In this document: in pieces, positions 1 to 12,256 of the stretch | How positions within the stretch are numbered: the first letter of the stretch is position 1 | How the letters are laid out: each line of letters opens with the position of its first letter | Assembly: GCF_006345805.1 (NCBI RefSeq) | Contig: NC_043006.1 | Location: 21,886,001 to 21,950,000 of the forward strand | Direction of reading: 5' to 3' | From: Octopus sinensis | Lineage: Eukaryota | Length of the DNA stretch: 64,000 nucleotides | The notes under the pieces: model-generated | Told to the model about the DNA's origin: nothing | Databases searched by the model: none | The model's input: the letters and a program-made list of their open reading frames with translations, nothing else | Made by a program: the position numbers and the translations under genes

Positions 1-1806
1 GTGTGTGTGTGTGTGGTGTGTGTGTGGTGTGTGTGTGGGTGTGTGTGTGTGTGTATTTTATTTCTAAATTTCTTATGAAACGTCGAGTGGATCTTACATA
101 TGTCAGTCAAGTGAAATTGTAACCATGGCCAATGCCAGTGCTGCAGAACCAGCCTGTTTAAAAGTACCCTTCAATCGTTGGACAATATGCTCTGCTTCAG
201 AAGACCAGTTGAGTCAAGTGAAATCGTAGTCGTGGTCAATGCCAGTGCCGCCTGACTGGCACCCATGCCAGTGGCACGTAAAAAGCACCATTCGAGTATG
301 GTCAATGCTAGTGCCACTTGAATGGCCCCCATGCCAGAGGCACATAAAAAGCCCCCTCTACACCCAGAGTAGTTGGCATTAGGAAGGGCATCCAGCTGTA
401 GAAATATTGCCAGGTGAGACCGGAGCCTGGTACAGCCCCCTGGCTTGCCAGTCCTCTGTAAAACCATCCAACTTATGCCAGCATGGAAAATGGATGTTAG
501 ATGATGATATATATATATATAAATAATCAACATTGTTGTTTTAAAGTTCCCTTTAAAAAGAGAGAGAGAGAGATGCAAGATTTCTTTCAGTTTCCATCTA
601 CCAAATCTACTCACGTGTCTTTGGTCAGCTTGGGCTACAGAAGACACCCAAGTAGTCATGCAGTGGGACTAAACCTGAATTTAAGTGGTTGGGAAGTAAA
701 CTCCTTAACCACAAAACCACACTTTGCACCTGAAGTATTCAAGTATGGAGAATTAACAAGATGGAAAAAAAAAAAAAGAGAAAAAAAAAGCATTGAAGAC
801 AATTGCAATGTCTTTAACCCTTTAGCATTTCAACTGGCCACTTCCTGCCAAAATATTCTGTTTTATGTTCAAACTGGCTAGACCTGGTTTCCCACACCAA
901 CCCTACAATATCATTCTAAAACATTAACAGTTACCTCATCAAAATCTCTAAGATAATGCATGATTAATTCAAAACAACGAGAGTAAATAAGCATTACTTT
1001 TAACAGAATAATGTGAATAATAAAGGGTCAATCAGGTCTACTGAATCAGGGCCAGCCCAAGGTGAAACAACTAGATTCTGTTAAATTATTTTATTCAAGT
1101 TTTCTATTTCCATCACATTATTGTTCTTTCGTAAAAGGAAACAAATCAAATAACAATCAAATAAAGTGCTTTGACACTTTGTCCAAAGCATTTTCAGAAG
1201 TTTGTCCAAAATGTTCATGCTTATTTTTAGACTTTTAGTTAGCACTTGTTTCATAAATTCTGAATAATATGAAACTTTCCTTTCATAAGTCCCAAGTTAC
1301 TCTGATGGTTGAAAAGAAAAAAAAAATTAAGAATGTATATCATACATGAATGAATAGATGCCAGGGAAAAACAAAAATGTTCACTAAATTGCAGGAGAGG
1401 CAAAGGGTTAAAAAAATACTTAGCTAATTAATTAATCCGAGTCTGAAAATAGAGAAGATTAATCAACAGAGAGGTGATGAGGAGACCAAATAGATTCTTT
1501 GAGAAACATTTCTTTATTCCAAAGTGTACATGTATCTAACAACTCTATTGATAAATCAGTAATAATTACTCATTTCTAATTACATAAACACACTTAAGTT
1601 GACTGGTTATTAAATCTCTCACTACTTCTAACCAACACATTATGCCATTGGCATGCACACACACACACACACAATTACATTGCACATTAGAATATTCTGT
1701 AAACAGTACTAGCGTATTACGTTACAAAGAGTAATTAAATCCTAGAAATCTTCTCAGTATCAGACTTCAACCTTTTCAGGCAAGTTCTCTGCTACTGTGC
1801 ACCATA

Positions 1807-2224
1807 GGCGCAGGAGTGGCTGTGTGGTAAGTAGCTTGTTTACCAACCACATGGTTCCGGGTTCAGTCCCACTGTGTGGCACCTTGGGCAAGTGTCTTCT
1901 ACTATAACCTCAGCCCGACCAAAGCCTTGTCAGTGGATTTGGTAGACGGAAACTGAAAGAAGCCCGTCGTATATATATATATATATATATATATATGTGC
2001 GTGTGTGTGTTTGTGTGTCTGTGTTTGTCCCCCTAGCATTGCTTGACAACCGATGCTGGTGTGTTTATGTCCCCCGTTACTTAGCGGTTCGGCAAAAAAG
2101 GACCGATAGAATAAGTACTGGGCTTACAAAAGAATAAGTCCCGGGGTCGAATTGCTCGATTAAAGGCGGTGCTCCAGCATGGCCGCAGTCAAATGACTGA
2201 AACAAGTAAAAGAGTAAAAGAGTA
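1807..2224 (+). mobile_element. Family A tRNA/CORE-type SINE (head, internal microsatellite, tail), full length
   Basis: A box tggctgtgtgg, B box ggttcagtccc, CORE-like ggcaccttgggcaagtg, (GAGTAAAA)-type tail; more than 14 copies in the window. May correspond to the published octopus OK SINE (not verified). Confidence 0.9.
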
Positions 2225-2461
2225 ATACAATGATATCTATGCAACCACCAAAAAACTTTAGGTGCCTGTGAATTCTTTTTTTTTTTTTTTTCTCTTCCCA
2301 TTTGTTGATTATTTTCATGGCAAAACAAAGCAAGATCTATGGCTTTTTACAGGGTCTCTGAAAAGGATGGCAAGGCAGAAACTACTCGTAAATAAAAGAC
2401 AAGGAAAATGATTTAGCTAGATGATGAGTTCTGAATACATAAAGAAGAGATTAAAAAAGTA

Positions 2462-2779
2462 AAGACTCCCTTCGGTCAGGAATGGCCATGGTATTGCACC
2501 TAGAAAGTTACCCTCCAAGGCACAAGTCCAGGCAAAGTTGTTTATGAAAGACCAGTTGCCCATGCATACCAGCCTCCCCTCTCTATACTACTGATGTTAT
2601 CCAAGGGAAAGGTGAAGGCCAATAGAGATCAGCACCAATGATGTCGCAACTCATTTCTACAGCTGAGTGAACTGGAGCAACGTGAAATAAAGTGTCTTGC
2701 TCGAGAACATAATACAAAGCCCAGTCCGGGAATCAAACTATCTCATGATTGTGAGCACAACACAAACCTCTGAGCCATG
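2462..2779 (-). mobile_element. Older CORE-like SINE (family I)
   Basis: Minus strand has a tRNA-like head, gtttgattccc B box and CORE-like gagcaagacactttatttcacgttgctccag; single good copy. Confidence 0.55.
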
Positions 2780-3384
2780 GGATTAGACCTATTCTATTAA
2801 ATTAATACATTATCAAAAACAATGACGAATCCTCCTATATTATTCCTAAAGGGAAAAATAATTTGTATTCAATGTTGTTATAATAGGAATCATCATACCC
2901 AGATAGTGAGTTCATTTTCAAATTGAAGATCTGATCTGAATGCTTACAACAGAGTGGAATCTGTTTTTAGCACCCAAGTACCATATGGTAGGGTTAAATC
3001 ATATCACAGAATTGAGTATCCACGAGATATCTCAGAAACTGCTGCAAGTTAGGAAGTCAGTGTTTTACATCAATACTTATTAACTGCAATTTTTTTTTTT
3101 TTTTTTCAGCATATTTATTTTTCAACAATATATTTGAATATTAAGACCTGAACTCATCAATATCTCATATAACTGGATAAACTATGAGTTACATGAAAAC
3201 CCAATTAAATCTAATACAAATACATCCAAACAAACAAAACATACAATTGCCCAAAATATCCATATAATATTGTTTGTTTCAGTCATTTGACTGTGGCCAT
3301 ACTGGGGCACTGTGTCTAAAAGTTTTGGTCATTTTGAGCCTGGTGCTTATTCAATTAGTTTCTTTTGCCAAACTGCTAATTACA

Positions 3385-3545
3385 GGGAGTGGACACCAGA
3401 AGGAAGAAAGAGACTGAGGGAAAGACCAGGGAAGATGTGATGCAATACATTCCAGGATGACATGATGGAGTTGGATCAAGGAGTCAGGAGGAAGGCCCAT
3501 TGACTAAGGCTCATTGCCTGTTGTGCTGATATCACAGGAGGATCT
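3385..3545 (+). pseudogene. RTE-clade LINE C-terminal remnant
   Basis: EWTPEGRKRLRERPGKM* resembles the W.P.GKR.RGRP..TW motif. Confidence 0.5.
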
Positions 3546-3566
3546 ATGATATACACACACACAGAC

Positions 3567-3624
<58 letters not shown>

Positions 3625-4536
3625 CGTGGCCGATGCCAGCCTCCCCTGGCACGTAAAAGCACCCACTACACTCACGGAGTGGTTGGCGTTAGGAAGGACA
3701 TCCAGCTGTAGAAACACTGCCAGATCAGACTGGAGCCTGGTGCAGCCTCCTGGCTTCCCAGACCGCGGTCGAACCGTCCAACCCATGCTAGCATGGAAAA
3801 CGGACGTTAAACGATGATGAAGATGATATATATATATATAATAAAGTGTGTATGTATGTATACACACACAAATACATATATGGAACAGGAGGTGAGAGAA
3901 ACAATCTAGGTGCCAGACAAGGCATTTCACAAAGAATTCTCACAACATGTTTTGCTGCAGATGATGCAAAACCTGCCACAACAACTAACGACACGCAACT
4001 ACTACTTGCATTATCACAAAGATATGCGAAAGACAAATACGTGTACACAATCAAGTGTACATGGATGCAAACACAAAATTTTCAAAAATGAACACATTAC
4101 ATATGGTTAAGTGATTACAAATTTTCTTTTACCTTTTGATTCATTTTTATTGTGACTATAAAATATAGTATCTTTTATCTTGTACTCGTTTCAGTCATTG
4201 AGCTGTGGCCAAGGTGGGGCACCGCTTTAAAGAAACTTAGTTGAATGAATCGACTCCACTACTTTCTCTTTTATAAGCTAGGAACTTTATTGGTCTCTTT
4301 GTCAAAAGGCTAAGTTACAAGGATATAAATAATAATGAAATTATTGTATACAGTGCTCAGGTGCACCACAACTTGTCAGAGTGCGTATAAAGTACATGCA
4401 GTAATGTACAAATGTCTGGAAAGCGAACAATGTATGAGTCAGATACATGCTTGTGTGTGTATGGAGGGGAGAAAATCAGGTGTAGTGTTGGCGAATCTCA
4501 GAAAGCATAAACACACTAACACCAGTGATTGAGAAT

Positions 4537-4581
<45 letters not shown>

Positions 4582-5288
4582 TCATAGCCAAAAGTATGGA
4601 ACATAGGTCTAAAAATTAAAATTTTTATATTATATGCCCAAAGTTATATCTAATTTGCAGTATATTATCACTACTTACAGTAATATGGTGGGTATTATCA
4701 TCATTTAGCGTCCATTTTCCATGCTAGCATGGGTTAGACGGTTCAACTGGGGTCTGTGAAGCCGGAAGGCTTCATCGGGCCCAGTCAGATCTGGCAGTGT
4801 TTCTACGGCTGGATGCCCTTCCTAACGCCAACCACTCCATAAGTGTAGTGGGTGCTTTTTACGTGCCACCTGCACAGGTGCCAGACAGAGCTGGCAAACG
4901 GCCGCGAACGGATGGTGCTTTTACGTGCCACCGGCATGGGGGCCAGGCGAGGCTGGCAAACAATTCTAATTTTGAAAAAAATGCTTCAAAACTTTTGAAC
5001 ACAGCTTATGTGTTCCTGTCTATCCGTTTCTGTCAACCAAATCCACTCACAAGGCTTTGGTCAGCCCAAGGCTATAGTATAAGATACAAGCAGTGGGACT
5101 GAACGTGGAACCACGCTGTTGGGAAACAAACGTCTTAATACACAACCGTACCAGCAAACTGTGAAAAAGAAAATTAATTTTTAGACAAAAAAAAATCAGT
5201 AGTATGAAGTAGTGATATTTAGACAGAATCAATAGAATAGACAGATGATCAAAGTCAGTCAAACCATGATCACCTTATACCACACTAT

Positions 5289-5687
5289 ACTCTTTTACTC
5301 TTTTACTTGTTTCAGTCATTTGACTGTGGCTATGCTGGAGCACCACCTTTAGTCGAGCAAATCAACCCCGAGACTTTTTCTTTGTAAGCCCAGTACTTAT
5401 TCTATCGGTCTCTTTTTGCCGAACCGCTAAGTGACGGGAACGTAAACACACCAGCATCGGTTGTCAAGCAATGCTAGGGGGACAAACACAGACACACAAA
5501 CACACACACATACATACATATATACGACAGGCTTCTTTCAGTTTCCGTCTACCAAATCCACTCACAAGGCTTTGGTCGGCCCGAGGCTATAGCAGAAGAC
5601 ACTTGTCCAAGATGCCACGCAGTGGGACTGAACCCGGAACCATGTGGTTGGTTAGCAAGCTACTTACCACACAGCCACTCCTGCGCC
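5289..5687 (-). mobile_element. Family A SINE
   Basis: Reverse complement of 1807-2224. Confidence 0.9.
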
Positions 5688-5840
5688 TATGTTTATCTAA
5701 TGGATGTGATTTGCTTCTTATTTACAGGAGGTCCAGCAAATACAGAGAGATTAACTTTGTTAACTATATACTATTTCTTACAGCATCCATCCATAAATTG
5801 CTTTAAAAAAAACTGGATATCAAACAAAATGAACAAATGA

Positions 5841-6351
5841 TAGGAGTGGCTGTGTGGTAATAAGCTTATTTCCCAACCACATGGTTCCGGGTTCAGTTCC
5901 CCTGTGTGGCACCTTGAGCAAGTGTCTCCTACTATAGCTTCAGGCCAACCAAAGCCTTGTAAATAGATCTGGTATATAGAAACTGAAAGAAGCCCGTCGT
6001 ATGTATACGTATATATATATATATCACCGTGACCGACCAGGCCATCAGATGTTGCTATACATCGCTGGTCACAATGCGCTTTGCATTGTTTTAGCCTTCA
6101 AATGACGCCACCCCGCTGGCTAAGCAAGTAGGCCAACAGAAGAAAGAGTGAGAGAAAGTTGTGGCGAAAGAGTACAGCAGGGATCGCCACCAGCCCCTGC
6201 CGGAGCCTATTGGAGCTTTAGGTGTATTCGCTCAATAAACACTCACAACGCCCAGTCTGGGAATCGAAACCACAATCTTACGACCGCGAGTCCGCTGCCC
6301 TAACCACTAGGCCATTGCGCCTCCACATGTATATATATGTATGTATGTATG

Positions 6352-6394
<43 letters not shown>

Positions 6395-6580
6395 TTGTGT
6401 GTCTGTGTTTGTGCCCCTACCATTGCTTGACAACCGATGTTGGTGTGTTTATGTCCCCTTAACTTAGCAGTTCATCAAAAGTGACTGATAGAATAAGTAC
6501 TAGGCTTATAAAGAGTAAGTCCTAGGGTCGATTTGTTCAACTAAAAGGCAGTGCTCAAGCATGGCCAGGCACTAAAAGAG
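5841..6580 (+). mobile_element. Family A SINE with nested family D1 SINE (6025-6324, minus)
   Basis: Head and tail are separated by (TA)n-D1-(TA)n. Confidence 0.85.
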
Positions 6581-8197
6581 TGACTCTTCCCAGACAATAA
6601 AATCTTAGATATTGTTTTGCTTTCATGTTAAACTCCACTCTAAAAGGAATCAGTAAATTCATAAGGTAAGTTCTATCGTGGACTATGAACTAATTCATGG
6701 TTGACAAATTTGTCAATTCTTTTTATTGACAATTCTGTCAATCCTTTTTATTTCTCCAAGAAAAATATATTGAATTAAGAAAGGAATTTAAACTGAACAA
6801 AATGTTGATAGAAATTTTTGATAGTTACAAGAAATAATCTTTTCCACTGTACGCACAAAGCCTTAAATTTTAGTGGGTGGAGCTATGACCCCAGTGTTCA
6901 ATTGGCACTTATTTTATCAATCCCAAAAGGATGAAAGGTAAAGCTGACCTTAGCAGAATTTGAACCGAGAATGTAAAGATGAACAAAATACCACAAAGCA
7001 GTTTGTCCAGTGCAATAACAATTCTGCCAGCTTGCAACCTTAATTACTGTACAATTAATATTTGACTATGTATTTACCCTGTGAATCAAAAAAAAAATCC
7101 TCTCAAATTTACAGACAAAGTATTACTGACATGTAATGGAATTGTCTTAAAATGAGGTCACAACCAAAATGCATCTCACATTGCTAAGACAAGAATCTCT
7201 GCCACTTAACCCTACCACTACCATATTAGCTTTGGTAGATCCTCAATTTCATGAGCATCAGCCAAATAATGTGTGTAGTTAAGTGGTCATTATTCACTAT
7301 TGGGCGGTCAATAAAACATCTGATATGGCCTGTTGTCCAGTGGACAGCAATACCTATCCTGTGTTAAGCAATAATAGCATAAGAGGAATGTGTCCATAAA
7401 TCTCCTTTTTGGTTTTCTGCTTCCACTATGAGAACACTTTAGTCCTCATGAATATTTACAAAAAACACCTTAGAAGTATAGTAGACTTTGAGAAATTTAG
7501 TATACAAAATTCAGTTTTAAAGCCAAAATGAATTTTGTATAATAAATTCATTTTGGCATTAAAAATGAATTTGAAGTAAAAAAAAAAATTTTAAAAAAAC
7601 ATAAAAATTGCTGATAACGTTTTAGTAATTCCTGAAATTCTAACTAAAATGGCAAATTTTGTAAACTGTCTTTCAGCTTATAGATGTTTATCTACAAGAT
7701 AACATAAAATTTGTTTGGCTAGTTTTGTATACTTTGTAAATTTCAAGAGTAGAAAATATTAAAAGCAATTCAGAAATTCCAAAAATCAGAATTTATAGGA
7801 TTTAGTTAACCAGATACTTGGAGAGTTTCATAGAAATAGTCAATACCTTCTATTATCTAGATGACTTAATCAGCAGTGGAGATGGTATTCTGAAAGCATA
7901 GTAAGCAGAGTAAAAACAAGGTGAAAAATAAGTCCCATTAATTATGGAACAAAAGGATTCACTCTAAGATTGTAGTTGCTAGGGTATAAAGTGCATAGGA
8001 GCAAAAAGAAAAACAAAAAAACAGGAGTGGCTGTGTGGTAAGTAGCTTGCTAACCAACCACATGGTTCCGGGTTCAGTCCCACTGTGTGGCATCTTGGGC
8101 AAGTGTCTTCTGCTATAGCCCCGCGCCGACCAATGCCTTGTGAGTGGATTTGGTAGACGGAAACCGAAAGAAGCCTGTCGTATATATATATATATAT

Positions 8198-8728
8198 ATG
8201 AACCGGATCCTCGAAACACACACCATCATTAAAAGTAAACGGCAACCAAAATCCTTGAAAAGGATTTTAACCCAAGCTACACTGCACTCAACATCAACCA
8301 CAAAACCAGCAGTTAGAAAATGTGGAAGGCCCAACTGCGGAGTCTGTGTCATCTTGAAAGAAGGATCAGAATTTATACTGGAACAAGGCCACCAGTTCAC
8401 CATTAGAACAAACTTCACCTGCGCATCAGAAAACTTAATTTACGTCATAACATGCGCAGGCTGCAATAGGCAGTATATAGGCCATACAAAAAATAGCTTA
8501 CGTAACAGGATGGCGGTGCATAAATCACAAATTAGAAACCCTGATTACCGCAAAATACCGGTCAGCGGACACATAGATAGATGTGCTGGAAATGTAAATC
8601 CGAAATTTACAACTAACCCGCTCTATAAATTCAGTGACAACGCAACCTTCACACAACGCCAAAATAAAGAACTATATTTCATAAAAAAATTTAGACCAAG
8701 TTTAAACACCCTGGGCCAGGAATACTAA
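8198..8728 (+). pseudogene. GIY-YIG endonuclease domain of a PLE ORF (Neptune-like Cys-rich linker)
   Basis: KCGRPNCGVC ... NFTCASENLIYVITCAGCNRQYIGHTKNSLRNRMAVH ... ELYFIKKFRPSLN. C-terminal endonuclease position as in Penelope/Neptune PLEs; the RT is lost by truncation. Confidence 0.85.
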
Positions 8729-8895
8729 AACAAAAGATAAGTCCTCCGAAAAGGAGAAGCAAAATTCCACCACGCCGCTACTTCAAACAGACACTCACTC
8801 TGACGGAAATATGCCTAAGTAAAAAAGGAAAAAAATTCTTTCGTGCAAATCTGACCCTGATACATACGATACAGCTAAGGGTCAGACCCGATTCT

Positions 8896-9340
8896 GATTG
8901 GTCAACAAGTTGATGACGTCTAGCTCAGCTAGAATGGACAGGATACAAACAGGGGACAGTCATTAGTCAGAATATTGATGACGTCCTTTTCTGCTTGAAT
9001 AGTCACCTAACAAGTACAGACAGGGGGCAGATCTAATGTAGCTATAAGTCGTGATTGGGCAGAATCTGCATGACGTCCCGTTCTGCTTGACTAACGAAGC
9101 GACTGGTCAAAACAGGAAACAAACAAGAGGCAGTTATAATGCAGCGATTGGTCAAAATAATGATGACGTCCCGTTCTACTTGACTAAAGCCACCTAACGA
9201 AACGATTGGTCAAAACGTTGATGACGTCACGCTACGCTGGATTGACCACCTAACAGGCATTATAAAACCGAGCACTTCACAAAAACTCAGAACCACCCAG
9301 CGAACATCCACCATGGGTCATCACATTTGCTTAAGGTAAA
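8896..9340 (+). promoter_or_regulatory. PLE pseudo-LTR promoter: 5 x ATTGG-N12-TGACGTC, TATAAAA, Kozak ATG, splice donor
   Basis: Modules at 8897, 8962 (ATTAG), 9054, 9147 and 9205; TATAAAA 9261-9267; CCACCATGG 9308-9316; AAG|GTAAAA 9335/9336. Confidence 0.7.
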
Positions 9341-9601
9341 AATGAATTCCTCGCTCTTTCGGAAACATCAATCTTCTGTATTGACCGCTTTCCACCACTT
9401 TGATCTGTTTTTTGTATTGAATACGTATCACCACCGTGGGCCACTGCATCGAACACTTTGAACATATACTTCAAACTATATATCAACTATACATGAACTA
9501 TATATCAACTATACATGAACTCTAAGATGTCTGACTCCGTTGTGTATTATAAATGAATTTCTTGTGTTTGACGGCATGAGCTGTCATTTTTTATATATAA
9601 C

Positions 9602-9645
9602 TTTTTTTGATAAAGTTCATTTCAGGAACTGAAACATGTTATAAT
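9602..9645 (+). ncRNA. Candidate minimal type I hammerhead ribozyme (U3-A8 core variant)
   Basis: UUGAUAA 9607-9613, stem II AGUUC/GAACU, GAAA 9631-9634, palindromic stem III ACAUGU, H17=U; stem I is weak. Confidence 0.5.
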
Positions 9646-9704
9646 GTATATATAAAAATTAAAAATTGTATAATACAGCAGCATTGTCGAACTTCATTTT
9701 TTAC

Positions 9705-9742
<38 letters not shown>

Positions 9743-9984
9743 GTATATATATGTATGTGTGTGTGTGTGTTTGAGTGTGTTTGTCCCCCTAGCATTGCTT
9801 GACAACCGATGCTGGTGTGTTTACGTCCCCGTCACTTAGCGGTTCGGCAAAAAGAAACCGATAGAATAAGTACTGGGCTTACAAAGAATAAGTCCCGGGG
9901 TCGATTTGCTCGACTAAAGGCGGTGCTCCAGCATGGCCGCAGTCAAATTACTGAAACAAGTAAAAGGAAAAAAAGAAAAAAAAA

Positions 9985-10340
9985 GGTTACTGAATGAAGA
10001 GAATGTGCAAAAGCTAGAAAGAAATGAGGAAAGCGTACTTCATTGGGTGACTGATATTAATATGCATGAACAGAGCAGTAATGAAACAAGACCAAAATTG
10101 GTTCCAGGAGAAATCACCTGTAGTGTGCAAGAAAGGAAACTTGACTAAAACAGACATATGATGCATTTGGAGGACAGCAGCTGGGTAAAGTACTGAACAG
10201 CCCTAATAGAAGAAACCTTGGGAAGAGGAAGGCCAAAGCAGAAGTGGTGAAAGCTGATCTCAAGAGGCTGAACCTCATCAAAGGGACAACAAAGTGATGG
10301 GACACTACACAGATGTTGTGTCCAACCCATGCAAGTATTA
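9985..10340 (+). pseudogene. RTE-clade LINE 3' remnant
   Basis: ...VQERKLD*NRHMMHLEDSSWVKY*TALIEETLGRGRPKQKW, the typical RTE C-terminus (RLRWYGHVMR..GRGRPRKTW), followed by ccaacccatgc. Confidence 0.75.
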
Positions 10341-11172
10341 AGAAAAAAGAGGAACGGTAAAGACAATTTTCTTTAGTTTTTCAAGTTTACACAGGTTTTA
10401 GAACACATTTGGTAAACTTTAAACTGATCTATGAAAACCTTCAGTTACACTAAGAAATAAAGGAATAAAAGTTACCTAATTTCAATCAGACTAGGAGTGT
10501 CAAAAAGTGAACTGTTTGCAAGTTCATCTGGGGTGGGGTTTAAAACCCTTTAGTGTTCAGATTATTCTGTCAAATGTGATGTTTGTTTATTTAAAATGGT
10601 TTGAATTAATCATGCATTATCTTGTAGTTTAGAGATTTCGGTGATGTGATTTTTTAGTTTTAGAACGACATGGTAGGGTTGAGATGCAAAGTGAGATCTG
10701 GTCAGTTTCAATATATAACAGGTTAAATATTTTGGCCAGATATGGCCGGTTTGAATGCTAAAGGCTTAAAGATAAGGGAAGACAGAAACTTTCTGGCACA
10801 GTAAAACTTTAGAGGAAAATTTGGAAAATTTTAGTTGTACCTGTTAAGAGGAGGGGAGATTTGTAACTGGGCGACAATATTTTTATGACAATAACTGAAA
10901 CTAGAATTACTGGATAACAATCAGGATTTGTAAAAGACAAGGTTTTTTGTTTACTAATGATAATTCTTTCAAAGTTAGCTAGTAATTTAGTATACTAGAA
11001 AACTTTTAATTCATCAAATTGAATAGATGGAAGAAACTACAGTCTAGGGAGAAAGAGTGAAATTGCTTGATAGATATTTAGTTGTTTAGCTCCAGATCAA
11101 CCCTGATCCAGCAAGCCAAAGGTGTCCCAGCTATGACAACACAAGAGTTTATTCAAAGTTGCTAACACTACA

Positions 11173-11525
11173 TCTTTATATATAAAAGATTCCTAACTAC
11201 TCCCACATTTTGCGGTGCAGTTTAACCAAAACCGGGTATCTTATAGTCGTGATTCATATCGAGCACTTCTGGGTATTAGCACGAGTCTACGATTTTAAAA
11301 ATAATTTACCATCATTTTTTTCCATTTTAATGCATTTTTTCGCTATTAAAGGGAAGTAACTCTCTAAAAATGCCTACGATGAGTCAATGATTTTAAAAAA
11401 AATTTACCATCATTTTTTTTCCCATTTTTAATGCATTTTTTTGATATTTTTTGGCTATAACTCTCTAAAAATGCTTTATAGTTATTTCCCTTACAAACCC
11501 GAGCAACGCCAGGCGATACTGCTAG
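11173..11525 (+). mobile_element. Non-autonomous Helitron (family H1)
   Basis: A|TC 5' end, subterminal cccgagcaacgccagg hairpin, CTAG|T 3' end. Confidence 0.85.
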
Positions 11526-11815
11526 TTATATAATAAAAGGTTTGAGAGAGTTTTAGCAACTGAAGCTTTAGTATCAGCTAGCTTGTGAATATTCAGTTAG
11601 TTTGGTGAGGTAAAATGAATTGATTCCAACAGCAGTAGGGTTCGCTACTACTGCAGTACTTCCTCCTATGATTGTTTTCCTCTAAAGTTTTACTGTGCCA
11701 GAAAGTTTCTGTCTGCCCCTGTCTTCTGCAATACATCAATTCTCTAATTTGACTACAAAAGATTTTCTCCTTACCAAACTGGAATTTTTGTGCAACAGCC
11801 CCAGCTCCAAATTAA

Positions 11816-12037
11816 CCCTTTAGCATTTAAACCGGCCATATCCGGCCAAAAGTATTTTGCCTGTTTTATGTTCAAACTGGCCAGATCTGGTCTCTCACAC
11901 CAACCCTACAATATCATTCTAAAAATTAACAGCTACCTCATCAAAATCTCATAGCTACAAGATTAATGCCTGATTAGTTCAAGGCAATGTGGATATAAAG
12001 GGATTAATTTTGGCAGAATAATGCAAACACTAAAGGG
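11816..12037. mobile_element. Family F piggyBac-type MITE
   Basis: TTAA TSD on both sides; CCCTTTAG TIR. Confidence 0.9.
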
Positions 12038-12256
12038 TTAAACTGCTTAAATGTGAAGTGGACATTCGAAAAGGATAAAAATGAAAAGATGGCATTACAA
12101 TAGAAAAGTTATACTAAATTTTCAACTACTGACAGCTTTGTTGTGGGTGCTACCTCTTAATACCTACAATAAGCAATACCTGTAAACCAACTACTTAGTC
12201 AACTACTTATCCCAGCCAGAGTTGTAGCCATACATAGAATCACCCTTAAAGGATAT

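Larger units (their letters stand above)
8200..9706 (+). mobile_element. 5'-truncated Penelope-like retroelement (GIY-YIG C-terminus plus about 1-kb pseudo-LTR) inserted in the (TA)n of a family A SINE
   Basis: The family A SINE head (8022-8199) and tail (about 9760-9966) flank the insert on either side of the microsatellite; GIY-YIG ORF present; promoter-like 3' region. Confidence 0.85.

Noticed and set aside
5471-5806. Recurrent ORFs such as MLGGQTQTH...RQASFSFRLPNPLTR, MTTDAGVFTSPSLSGSAK and MLAWVGRFDRGSGKPEG
   Set aside because: Frames through SINE families A and C; not genes.
6594-6665. Plus-strand 72-nt acceptor/GTAAGT pair
   Set aside because: Stops in all three frames and no partner exons.
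8144-8197. N-terminal 18 aa of the 194-aa GIY-YIG ORF
   Set aside because: Derived from the host SINE and (TA)n; not part of the PLE protein.
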